A stretch of 64,000 nucleotides of DNA, taken from the NCBI GenBank assembly GCA_963737655.1, contig CAVTTN010000002.1, forward strand, positions 1,664,001-1,728,000, read 5' to 3'. The notes beneath the pieces are model-generated. The model had not been told where the DNA came from, ran no database searches, and saw only the letters and a program-made list of their open reading frames with translations. The first letter of the stretch is position 1, and the number at the start of each line of letters is the position of its first letter. Of the stretch, positions 54,579-64,000 are shown piece by piece. Origin of the DNA: an uncultured Planctomycetota bacterium (GTDB lineage: Bacteria > Planctomycetota > Planctomycetia > Isosphaerales > Isosphaeraceae). A program made the translations under genes and the position numbers.

Positions 54579-54995
54579 TCACTTCGACAGGCGGACGAAC
54601 CCGGCCTGTTCGAAGTGCCCGTCGGTCGTCAGGGCGTCGGTGATCCCCCGGTCGTCCATCACGACGAAGCTCGCGCAATCGACGAGGCTCCAGTCCTTGT
54701 CCGGCCTCTTCTTGAGGAGGTCCCAGGCCCGGGCGTCGAGCTCGGGCGTGATGTGGACGACCCGGACCCACGGGAGCGACCGGATGGTCTCGGGGATCGA
54801 CCATTTCTGCTCCCGGGCCCCTCGGCCGCGACTCATCAGCGGGGCGACCAGCTCGGCCAGGACGTAATTGGTCGTGACGACGGTCCTCGCGGAGTTATGC
54901 CAGCGACGGAGAAGGGCCTGCGCCTTCAGGTGATGGGGTTCGGTCGCGACGAAGAACGTCATCCAGCCCGAGGTATCGCCGAACTCCTCAAGCAT
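54579..54995 (-). CDS. vapC: PIN-domain (VapC-like) toxin
   Basis: DTSGW, TTNYVLAE, SLVDCASF, LTTDGHFEQAGF. Confidence 0.85.
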   Translation of the reverse strand: MLEEFGDTSGWMTFFVATEPHHLKAQALLRRWHNSARTVVTTNYVLAELVAPLMSRGRGAREQKWSIPETIRSLPWVRVVHITPELDARAWDLLKKRPDKDWSLVDCASFVVMDDRGITDALTTDGHFEQAGFVRLSK

Positions 54996-55276
54996 CGCGA
55001 TCATCCCGCGATCCGACGACGGCCGGCGCCAGTCGCTGAGGTCTGACCGGGCCGGAAACATCGCCGAACAGGTCGTCATGTTCCCTGGCCGCCTGCTCTC
55101 CTTCGACCCGGACCGTTCCGGCCAGCTTCAAGAGCGGGTCTTGATCGTGCCGTCGGATGCCTCCGACCAAAAGGTCTCCGGCGGCCTCTTCCGGGGTCTG
55201 GAGTGTCAGCCCGGCGATCCGGGCGAGCGCCTCGAACACCTCGTCGGAGAGACTCCATCGTCAGGGAGCGGGCCAT
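54988..55276 (-). CDS. probable antitoxin (frameshift near 55250)
   Basis: MARSLTM../SDEVFEAL...DPLLKLAG...AREHD; overlaps the toxin start. Confidence 0.6.
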
Positions 55277-55380
55277 GATTTGTTACCTCCACCGGGCCGA
55301 TCGTCCGCCCCGGCACTCCGCGGCCGAGGCCCCCGGGCCATTCTACCCGGGCCGCTCCAAGAGGTGATACAATCGCCGCC

Positions 55381-56851
55381 ATGAACGTGATCGTGATCGC
55401 CTGCAATGCCCTGCACCTGGGATTTCTCGGCACCTATGGGAACTCGTGGATCGAGACGCCCCACCTCGACCGCCTGGCGGCCGAGGGGGTGGTCTTCGAC
55501 CATCATTTCGCCGAGAACCTGACCACCCTGCCCACGCGCCGGAGCTGGTGGACCGGCCGCTACGGGTTCGCCGACCCCGATTCGGGCTGGACCCCGTTGC
55601 GGCCCGACGAGGTCATCCTGCCGGACTTGCTGTTCCGCCACGGGGTCCGCTCGGCCCTGATCTCGGACGTCCCGATGCTCCGCGAGGCCGGCAGGGGCTT
55701 TGGCCGGGGGTTCGATGACGTGGTCTGGGTCCGGGGCTCGGGCTATGACCCGCTCATCCCCGAGAATGACGCTCGGGCCCGGAACGTTCGGGTCGAGGAC
55801 GAGCCCGGCTTGCGGCTCCCGGACGCCGACGACCCGGATTTCGACCTCTGGAAAGGTCGCTGGGAGCAATATCTCCGCAACCGCCGGGTCTTGAAGTTCC
55901 ACGAGGACGAGGAAACGACCGGCGTGGCCCGGACCGTCTCGGCCGCGATCGACTGGCTCGATCGGCAGGGCCGCGACCCCGAGCCGTTCTTGCTCTGGCT
56001 CGACCTGTTCAGCCCCCACGGGCCGTGGGACCCTCCCCAGCCGTACCGGGACCAGTACGCCGCCGCCGAGCCCGACGAGTTCGAGGCCGGCGAGGAGGGG
56101 GACCTCGTCGAGGAGGAAGACGACGAGGACCTCGACCTCGAAGAGGTCCGCGTCCTGATCGACGTCCCGGCCGGGGCCGTCGGCGACGTGATCGACGAGC
56201 CCGAATTGCTCCGACTGCGACGGACCTACGCCGGGGCCGTGACCCTCCTGGATGCCCAGGTCGGCCGGCTCCTGGAGGCGATGAGGGGTTCGGGCCGTCT
56301 GGACGACTCGCTCGTGATCTTCACGGCCGACCAGGGGGAGCCCCTGGGCGAGCACGGCTACGTCCGCCGGTTCCGGCCGTGGCTCTATGAAGAATTGATC
56401 CACACGCCGTTGATCGTCCGCCTCCCCCGGGGCGAGGCGGGCGGGACGCGGTGCCCGGCGCTGGTCCAGCCGGTGGACCTCCTGCCGACGGCCCTCGCCG
56501 CCCTGGGCCTGCCGCCGAGCGACGACGCCCACGGTCACGACCTGATGCCCCTGGCGCGGGGGGAGGCGTCCAAGGTCCGCGATTATGCGTGCCTCGGCAT
56601 GGACGTCGAGGAATTCGCGATCCGCACCCCCGGATGGCACCTCACGGTGCCCATCGAGGCCGATCCGGACGACCCGCCCCGGGGCCCGAGCTCTTCGGAA
56701 GCCCGAGGACCGATGGGACCAGAACGACGTGGCCGCCGAGAACGCGGACGTCGTCGAGGCGCTCGAACTAACCCTCCGCCGGTTCGTGGCGGCCGTGGAG
56801 AGGGACTCGCTGGCGTCCCTGCCCCCTCTGCGAGTGCCGGAACGGGCCTGA
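55381..56851 (+). CDS. sulfatase-like alkaline phosphatase superfamily protein (frameshift near 56690)
   Basis: TPHLDRLAAEGVVF, PHGPWDPP, TADQGEPLGEHG, LYEELIHTPL, KPEDRWDQND. Confidence 0.85.
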
Positions 56852-56897
56852 AGCCCTGCGGTCCGGGAGCATTCGGAAACAAATGGGGACTGGCTTG

Positions 56898-57157
56898 CTC
56901 CGTGGAAAACCCCGTTGAGAATGAGGAAATGAGTAGGTCCGACTTCAGTCGGGCCTTCACGGAGTCAAGGCTTGTACATTGATTCACGGTTTGATGGCAC
57001 ACGCCGGTCTTCTTAGGTCAGGCCTCGGCCTGCCCTCTTCGCGGATCGGCAGGCCGAGGCCTGCCCTACATGGGTGCGACCCGGTCGTGACCTGCTGAAG
57101 GCCCGACTGAAGTCGGACCCACTCGATCCTTCCGTTTCTCCGAGGTTTTCGACGGAG
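56898..57157. repeat. nested REPIN: GTAGGTCCGACTTCAGTCGGG pair enclosing a GGCAGGCCGAGGCCTGCCCTAC pair
   Basis: Both REP families also occur elsewhere in the window. Confidence 0.8.
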
Positions 57158-57189
57158 GATGCCGGTCCCCATCGTGGTGTTCAGGATTC

Positions 57190-58554
57190 TCACGGACCGC
57201 CGCGGAGCCGGGACAGGAACCGGGGCCGCCAGGTCCATCGGGCGACTTTCTGGGTCTCGGGGTCGGCCTTGGGCGGGTCGAGGGCTTCGCCCTTGCCCTT
57301 GCCCGTCTCCGAGGCGTAATAGGTGGCGGGGAAGGTGACCGGGGGCAGGCCGGGCGGGAGGGCGTCTCGGGTGGCTCGGACCCGGGGGAGCCTCGGTCGC
57401 CCGGCGAGGGCGGGGTTGCCGCCGGTGTCGGGGTCCTCGGGGACTTCCGGCTCTCTCAGGGCGACCTCGCGAGAGATCGGCTTGCGGGGTCGCGCCTCGG
57501 CCTCGGGCGCCCGGGGAGTCTCGGGCCGGGCCGGCACCGCCGAGGGTTCGACGGACGGGTCGGCCGGGGGCGGGACTCGCTCCAGCTCGGGCTTCGCGGG
57601 GGCCTCAAGCTGCTCCGGAGCGGGCCCGGTCCTGGGCTTCGCGGGGGCCTCGGATTCGGATTCCTGGGCGATCCGTTCCAGGTCGGCGGCGGTCGAGGGC
57701 TGCGGCCCGGTGATCGGGGCCGGAGGGCTCGGGGCGTCGGCCGGGGGCTCGACGACGGGGGCCGGCGGGCGGTCCTCGGAGACCGCCAGGATCGGCGTGA
57801 CGGCCGAATCGGACCGGGCCTCGTCCTCGAGGGCCCGGACGGTCCGGGCCTCGGAGTCGGCGGAGGGCCGGGTGGCCGTCCAGTCGGACCTGGGCTTGCG
57901 GATCGTCGGGTCGAGGTCCGGGACCGGCGGCATCCTCCTCTGGGCGACCGAGGCGACGATGGCCGTCGGCCGGGAAACCGGCTCGGGCGCCTCCGGGGGC
58001 GGAGGGGCGACGAACCGGGGATCGACCTCGGCCACCAGCGCCGCCGTCGCGAGCAGAGGGGATCGAGAGGCGGCCCGGGGCGGCGTCCGGGAGGGAGCGG
58101 AGGCCGACGCGGCGGCGGAGGCGGAATCCAGCTCCGGCGGGGCGCTTTCCCGCAACGGTTCGGCCGGGGGAGGCGCGGCCGGGGTCCGGGCCATCGGGGC
58201 CCGGAAGAACCGGGGCCACTCTCGCTTGCGGGGCGGGGGGGCGGCGGCCTCGGCCGTGATCTCGCCCGGGGGCGGCGACGGCATCGCGGTCCCGGCGTCC
58301 CCGGGGTCGATCAGGGGCGGAGGGCCCGGCGGGAGGGCCGTCGAGGACGGCGCCGGAGGCCCGTTCAGGCCCGGGAAATACCGGGCGATCCGCTCCCCGA
58401 TCGGGTCGCGACGGGGGTGGAACGGGTCGGCCGCGACCGCGATGGCCGGGGGCGTCCGGGTCCACGACCGGGCCGACAGCCCGTCGGGCCCCGAGGCGCA
58501 GCCGGCCCCGGCGACGATCAGACCCAGCGCCAGGATGGACCGAACCCGATTCAT
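57190..58554 (-). CDS. Pro/Ala-rich hypothetical lipoprotein
   Basis: GGAG RBS; lipobox AGAGC; low complexity. Confidence 0.6.
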   Translation of the reverse strand: MNRVRSILALGLIVAGAGCASGPDGLSARSWTRTPPAIAVAADPFHPRRDPIGERIARYFPGLNGPPAPSSTALPPGPPPLIDPGDAGTAMPSPPPGEITAEAAAPPPRKREWPRFFRAPMARTPAAPPPAEPLRESAPPELDSASAAASASAPSRTPPRAASRSPLLATAALVAEVDPRFVAPPPPEAPEPVSRPTAIVASVAQRRMPPVPDLDPTIRKPRSDWTATRPSADSEARTVRALEDEARSDSAVTPILAVSEDRPPAPVVEPPADAPSPPAPITGPQPSTAADLERIAQESESEAPAKPRTGPAPEQLEAPAKPELERVPPPADPSVEPSAVPARPETPRAPEAEARPRKPISREVALREPEVPEDPDTGGNPALAGRPRLPRVRATRDALPPGLPPVTFPATYYASETGKGKGEALDPPKADPETQKVARWTWRPRFLSRLRGGP

Positions 58555-58797
58555 GGCGACTCCCTCCGCCCTCGACCGATCGCCGGGGGGCGGCCTCATG
58601 CCGCCCCGGCCTTTCCTCAAGCCTTCGCTGAGTCTCCATCGGCCGATGAGCCGGGGGGCGGCCCCTCGATTCGGCCCCCGGGGCGGCCGGGGGCGAGACA
58701 TAATTCGGCTATCCGGTACAATCGGTCCGAGCGGCCCGGGGAGTCGAGCCGATCTGCGGGCCTGTTCCGAATGGTCCTTGCCCCGTCGAACGCGGGA

Positions 58798-58870
58798 GGA
58801 GGTCCGACTTCAGTCGGGCCATCCGCCCGAGAATTCGGCTTGCAGGCCCGGCTGAAGTCGGACCTACTGA
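58798..58870. repeat. GTAG-type REP doublet
   Basis: GGTCCGACTTCAGTCGGGCC / GGCCCGGCTGAAGTCGGACCTAC. Confidence 0.75.
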
Positions 58871-59019
58871 GCCCATCGACCGGGCGGGGACGCGTCCCGG
58901 ACGGCCTCGGAAACGATCTCCCGGGCCCCGAGGGCGCCGACCCCTGCCGTCGTCTCCGTCGTAGAAACACGGGAGGGCCGACCGGCCCCCTCGCCCCGAC
59001 TCTCCCGGGAGCCTTGCCG

Positions 59020-59554
59020 ATGGTCTCGCCCGATGCCGCCGAACGCTTCCTCGCCTGCCCCTGGATCGAGCAGATGGACAGCGCGACCCGCCAGGAGGTC
59101 CTCAACGTCCTGGTCGAGTCCCGGGCCCCGGCCGGCGCGGTCCTGCTCGCCCAGGGGCAGCCCAATGACCACATCGCCTTCCTGATCGACGGCCGGGCGA
59201 CGGTCTCGCGGGTCACCGAGTCGGGCCGTCACGAGACGTTGACCTCGTTGACGGCGCCGTCTCTGTTCGGCCTGACCTCGTTCTTCCGCCCGAGCCCCTC
59301 CGGGCTTCTCGGTCCGGGCCGACACGCCGGTCTGGGTCCTCACCCTGGACCACCACGCCCACGACCTCCTGAGGAGGGCCGACCCCCGGGCGACCGAGGA
59401 GATCGCCCTGGCCGCCGTCCGCATCCTGGCCGACCGCTTCGACCTCCTGGACAAGCGGATGACCGCCGACATGGCCGAGCACCCCGACGGCCACCCCAAG
59501 GCCACCGAATGGGCCGAGTTCCGATCGCGCCTGTTCGAGGAATCGAGCATCTGA
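59020..59554 (+). CDS. cyclic nucleotide-binding domain protein (frameshift near 59300)
   Basis: AGAVLLAQG...FLIDGRA...LFGLTSFF cNMP-binding beta-roll. Confidence 0.75.
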
Positions 59555-59569
59555 TCGGAGGCCCCGGCC

Positions 59570-61398
59570 TCAGCGGATCAGCCGGGGGGCCCCGTCGTCG
59601 ATCGTCCCGGCTTCGCGGAGGGTCAATCGCACCCGGCGGACGGTCCGGCCGTCCCAGTGCGGCAGGCGATCGAGCGAGACGGCCCACTCCGCCCGGGGGC
59701 GCGACGGGTCGGGCCTCCAGCGGATGCTCCTCGCCTCGGTCCACTTGCCCGGGCGGTCCGACCACCAGACTTCCACCGCCGAGCTTCCCGGGAGGCTCAG
59801 GGATTTCGCCTCCGGCGAGTCGCCCGAGAGCTCATACTCGACGAACGCCGGAGGGCCCGAGGCCGACCACCTGTGACCCGGTCCTCCCGGCTTCAGGCCC
59901 AGGGTCTGGACCAGGTGCCCCTCGGCCACGGCCTGGCCCTCCCCGACGGCGCGGAGGTAGGGCGAGGCGTCCATCCCCCCGCAAATCGCCTCGCGGTCGG
60001 CCAGGCCCAGCGAGCCCAGGAGCACCCCCCGGACCTCGGCATCGGCGATCGAGGGCGTCTCCACGGTCGTCGGGAACATGGTCAGGGCGTTGAATTCGTG
60101 GTCGAACCAGCGGGTGCGGATCGGGTCGAGCGCCCGGAGGGCCTGGCCCCGGGTGATCCCCCTGGACCGCGCAGCTCGCCGAGGCGGTCGATCGCCGCGA
60201 GGGTCCGCGCCTGGTCGCGGAACAGGAAGAACCGCGAATGGACCTTCATCCTCGGCAGGTTCACGCCGAGGAGGACCGCCGCGATCGCCAGGAGGACCGC
60301 CGGGCCCGTCCGCGATCGGTCCAGGCGGGCCATCGCCGGCCCGATCGCGGCCGAGAGGATCAGGACCAGCCCCACGGCCGGGAACAGATGGTAGCGCTGG
60401 AGCGCCAGGATCACCCGCGAGCCGGCCGTCGAGCGGACCCCGAACGTGATCGCGTAGCCCGAGGCGATCAGGGCCAGGCCCACCAGGAGCATCGGCCGGG
60501 CCGCCGGCCTCTTCGCCGCCAGGACGAGGACCGCGACGGCCAGCGCCGCGCCCAGGGCCAGCGCCGCCGCGTCGGGAACGAACCGTTCGAGGCTGGGCAG
60601 GCCGACCATCCCGGGCAAGAGCACGTCGATCGGGGCGCAGCCGACGTTGCGGAGCCCCGCGACGATCGCCACGTTCCGTTCCAGGCTCTGCGAGAGGACC
60701 TCGCGATAGCCGAACGTCTGGCAGATGGCCAGGTAGGCGAGCGTGCCGACCATCGGCGCGACCGAGCCGGCCAGCCGGCCCCGCCACGTCCCCCGCCCGG
60801 CCAGGATTCGCAGGCCCGCCGAGGGGCCGGCGAGGAGGCCGATCGCCGAGAACGCCGGCGCCACGGCCGAGGCGACCGCCGACCCCGCCAGCCCCAGCCA
60901 CCGCCTCCGCCCCGGATCGGCTCGCCCGGCGAGGTCCAGGGCGGCCACGGTCCCGGCCAGGGCCCAGGTGAAGCTGCTGGCGGAGTACCAGTAGAGGGTC
61001 TCCGACGCCACGGCCGTCATCGCGGTGACCATGACGGCCAGCCACGCCGCCGATTCCGAGCCCGCTTCGCGGCGGACCAGCCGGAAAATCAGGATCAGCG
61101 CCACGACCCAGGGCACGACCGACGCCAGGGTGAACGCCAGGGGGGCAACCGGCAGCCTCCGCCCGGCCAGGCCCCAGGTCGTCCACGACACGACCTCGAA
61201 CAACGGGGCCATGTGCTCGTTGAACGGCCGGAACAGCAGGGCCCGGAGCGGGCTTTCTTGAAGGTGGGAGATCCGGACCACGTCATCGGAATAGAGGCTG
61301 GGGTGGGCGGCCCTCAAGGAGGGCGGGACGATCAGCAAGGCGAGCAGGGCCGCCGGGACGAGCCGGCGGCCGGGGAGGCGAGCTTCGGGACCGGGCAT
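59570..61398 (-). CDS. multi-pass membrane protein, possible GT-C-like glycosyltransferase (frameshift near 60170)
   Basis: YSDD, FNEH, many TM segments, QRY; soluble C-terminal domain in a second frame. Confidence 0.65.
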
Positions 61399-61970
61399 GG
61401 ACGGTCGCTCCGCGGGTCCGGGGCGTGGGGCAGGGTCTCCATCTGAGTAAGAGGGTCGGTCCTGGGGGGGGCGGCCTCGAACCCGCTCGGCCCGGGATTG
61501 TCGAGATCCTCGCCGTCCTGTCACGCCCAGATTCCCCCCGGAGGACCCGCCCCGACCCGGCCGGATGGCGAGACCCTGGGGGTGGGGCAAACGGTGATGG
61601 GCCGACTCTTCCGAAAGTGACGAAGATTCGGGCGCTCATCTTTCGCAGATCCCCGGGACTGCCCGACTGTGACGATCGTCACGACCGGACGACGTAAGTC
61701 CTTGCTAGAAAACGGGAAGGGCGTTCAAGGCGATTCGCGGGGAAGACGATACAACGGTTGGCTCGCCACGGTTCGCCACGGCGAGGACTCGGGAGCACCC
61801 CAACGGGGGTGCCGTCCGGGGGGTGCGGCCTTCGGGCCTCGGGCGCGGGAACGCCCGCCTTCGGACGGCGCCGGACAGATCCAAACGAAGTGGGAGGGCC
61901 TGCCGCGACCGGCCGGCCGGATTTCGTGGCCCCTCTCTCAGACCAAGCTTGCCAAGGAGAACCGTCTCCC

Positions 61971-62612
61971 ATGTTGAAGCCCCTGTCTTTGAGCGTCAGC
62001 CTGGCTGTCGCCCTGGGCGCGTGCAGCCTGAGCCTCGCCGGTGGTCACCTGAAGACCTATGCGTCGGGCCAGTGCGAGACCGTCGCCAGCCCGCAGTCGG
62101 TCGTCCCCTCGGCGCAGAGCATCGGGGAAGGCTGCGGCGAAGTCTGCGGCCCCGTCGCCAAGAAGTCCTGCTTCGGCAACCTCTTCAAGCACAAGCCCAA
62201 GACCTACACCTACGAGTGGGTCCTGAAGAAGAAGCGTTGCGGCGGCCTCTTCGGCGGCGGCTGCGGCACGGCCACGGCCGGCGGCTGCGAGTCCTGCGGG
62301 ACGGCCCTGCCCTCGGCCCAGTACCCGAGCAGCCAGTCTTATGGCAGCGCCCAGTACCCGACGACCTACAGCGCCCCCCAGGGCAGCTACAGCGCCCCGC
62401 AGGCCGGCTACAGCGCCCCGCAGTCCGGTGGCATGACGGCCGCCCCGGCGGCCGCCGCCGCCCCGACGATGGAAGCCCCCCCGGCCCCCGAAGTCGCCCC
62501 GGCCCCGGCTCCCGCCCCGGCCCCGCCGACCAACCCCGCCCCCGCCCCCCCGGCCCCGGCCCCGCCGACGGCCTCCAACGGCGGCCTCCAGCTCCTGCCC
62601 TCGGGCAACTGA
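61971..62612 (+). CDS. secreted Cys-rich / Pro-rich planctomycete protein
   Basis: AAGGAG RBS, signal peptide, Cys clusters, YSAPQ x3. Confidence 0.75.
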   Translation: MLKPLSLSVSLAVALGACSLSLAGGHLKTYASGQCETVASPQSVVPSAQSIGEGCGEVCGPVAKKSCFGNLFKHKPKTYTYEWVLKKKRCGGLFGGGCGTATAGGCESCGTALPSAQYPSSQSYGSAQYPTTYSAPQGSYSAPQAGYSAPQSGGMTAAPAAAAAPTMEAPPAPEVAPAPAPAPAPPTNPAPAPPAPAPPTASNGGLQLLPSGN

Positions 62613-62645
62613 GACTCGATCGGCCCCAAGCCGTTCGATCGATCG

Positions 62646-62681
62646 AAGCCCACGCACCCTCGCGGTGCGTGGGCTTTTTTT
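62646..62681 (+). terminator. intrinsic terminator
   Basis: AAGCCCACGCACC-CTCGC-GGTGCGTGGGCTT then a T-run. Confidence 0.85.
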
Positions 62682-63081
62682 CGTGGGGTCGGAGTGCGGG
62701 GTGAGGGTCGATGGGCGGGCGGGGCCCGCCGCCGGTTGGCGCATTGCATGCACCCTGCTTGATGGGAGGCCGGCGCCGACGGCTTTGCTTCGGCAGTGCG
62801 AATTGACAAACGGCGCCGATTGTGGATAACACTGGCCGCGCAGGATGCGATGGGCCTCGCTCCCAAGGATGGGACGACGGCCGACCTCGATCGCTCCGCC
62901 TCGGCGGATCGACGGGATCGGCCCCGATCGACGGGCCCTTTGCCGTCCGCCGATTTGCTCTTGCGACCGGATCGATCTTCCCGGCCGGTTCGGAGTCTCG
63001 CGCCGTCGCCGATCTCGGCGTCCGGCGGGTGGGCCTCCGATCGGCCGCCGAAGGCTTGGCCGGGGGGCCGGAGGAGAGACG

Positions 63082-63987
63082 ATGCGGACCGATTCCACGC
63101 CCCGGACCGACCCCTCGCTGGACCGGCTCCCCTCGCGGGTCCGGCGGGCCTGGCGGTGGCTCTCCGGGCGGAGCCCCCAGGTCAGGATGGCCGTCGCCGG
63201 GGCCGCCCTGATCGCCCTGATCGCCGCCGGCTACGTGGCCACGACGGCCCCCGAGCCGGTCGAGACCGCCTGGCTCCACGGCGACCGTCCGTTGACGCCC
63301 GAGGAGCTGGAGGCCGTCCTCGCGGCCCTGAGCGAGGGGAAGATCCCCGCCTCGGCCTCCGAGCGGGGCCGGGTGGCCGTCCCGGCGTCGCGACGCGGCG
63401 AGGCCCTCGCCCTGCTCGCCCGCAAGAAGGTCGGCCCCAAGGGGTTGCGAGAACTCCACGAGCAGGCCGTGGCCGCCTCGCCCTGGGAAGGACCCGCCGA
63501 GAGGGCCGAGCGCCAGCAATGGCTCAAGACCCAGGAATTGGAGGTCGGCCTCGCCAAGCTCCCCGGCGTCGCCTCGGCCGAGGTCCGGATCAATCGGGCC
63601 GCCGGCCACGGATTCGGGCCCAAGGCCCCGAAGGTCGCCGCCATCGTCTGGCTCCGCCCGGCCGACGGCGAGCCCCTGCCGCCCCCGACGATCAAGAACG
63701 TCCAGGCCGTCGTCAAGTCGTTCGAGCCCGACCTGCCCGACGACGCCCTGTCGATCTTCGACGAGTCCGGCCAGGCGTACCTGATCGCCGGCAACCCCGA
63801 GGCCGGCCAGGAGCTGATGGCCCACGCCCGCGAGGAGCAGTTGCGGAGGCGGATCAAGCGCGACCTGGAGTGGATCGACGGCGTGAGGGTGTTCGTGACC
63901 CTCGACCCGATCGCCCCGGCCCCTCCCCATCGGGCCGAGAGCCGCCGGGCCCGGCCGCGACGCTCCCGCCGGGTCCCGTGGCCGTGA
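63082..63987 (+). CDS. FliF/YscJ-like membrane ring protein N-terminal part (may continue past a frameshift or the window end)
   Basis: TM followed by GRVAVPA..ALALLA, ELEVGLAKLPGVASAEVRI, AVVKS..PDL...SIFDESG ring-building motifs. Confidence 0.65.
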   Translation: MRTDSTPRTDPSLDRLPSRVRRAWRWLSGRSPQVRMAVAGAALIALIAAGYVATTAPEPVETAWLHGDRPLTPEELEAVLAALSEGKIPASASERGRVAVPASRRGEALALLARKKVGPKGLRELHEQAVAASPWEGPAERAERQQWLKTQELEVGLAKLPGVASAEVRINRAAGHGFGPKAPKVAAIVWLRPADGEPLPPPTIKNVQAVVKSFEPDLPDDALSIFDESGQAYLIAGNPEAGQELMAHAREEQLRRRIKRDLEWIDGVRVFVTLDPIAPAPPHRAESRRARPRRSRRVPWP

Positions 63988-64000
63988 ACCTCCCGGCGGA

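Overview
GC-rich planctomycete-like DNA: PEP-CTERM proteins, an LExRxLL export motif and an RF(S/T)(I/V)RG(L/M)M-type membrane family suggest Isosphaeraceae. Left to right: a 5'-truncated Rhs-HINT toxin with a probable immunity gene; housekeeping genes (DAG kinase family, kdsA); an integron-type cassette array (8907-18135; attI-like site, 9 attC sites, 10 cassettes, no integrase in the window); an IS3 remnant; a 44-repeat CRISPR array with a type I-G (I-U) cas operon whose adaptation module is decayed; two IS630 elements; then mostly ordinary genes (leuA, nagB, two-component pair, TA pair, sulfatase-like, FliF-like). The main finding is in the array. Six of the nine attC sites are split at the same base (GCCT|AAC) by IS110-family elements: one full IS110, one internally deleted copy and four near-identical 380-bp ORF-less mini-elements. 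All carry a bridge-RNA-like region. One 7-mer (CTAACCT) matches the attC target, and a second 7-mer co-varies with each element type's own end (CTCCCCG vs CTCTTCG). The three uninterrupted attC sites (identical copies) read CTAACCC, a 1-nt mismatch. The elements also supply an in-frame stop for the interrupted cassette genes, and five attC loops contain an extended -10 motif. All alignments and counts were done by eye.
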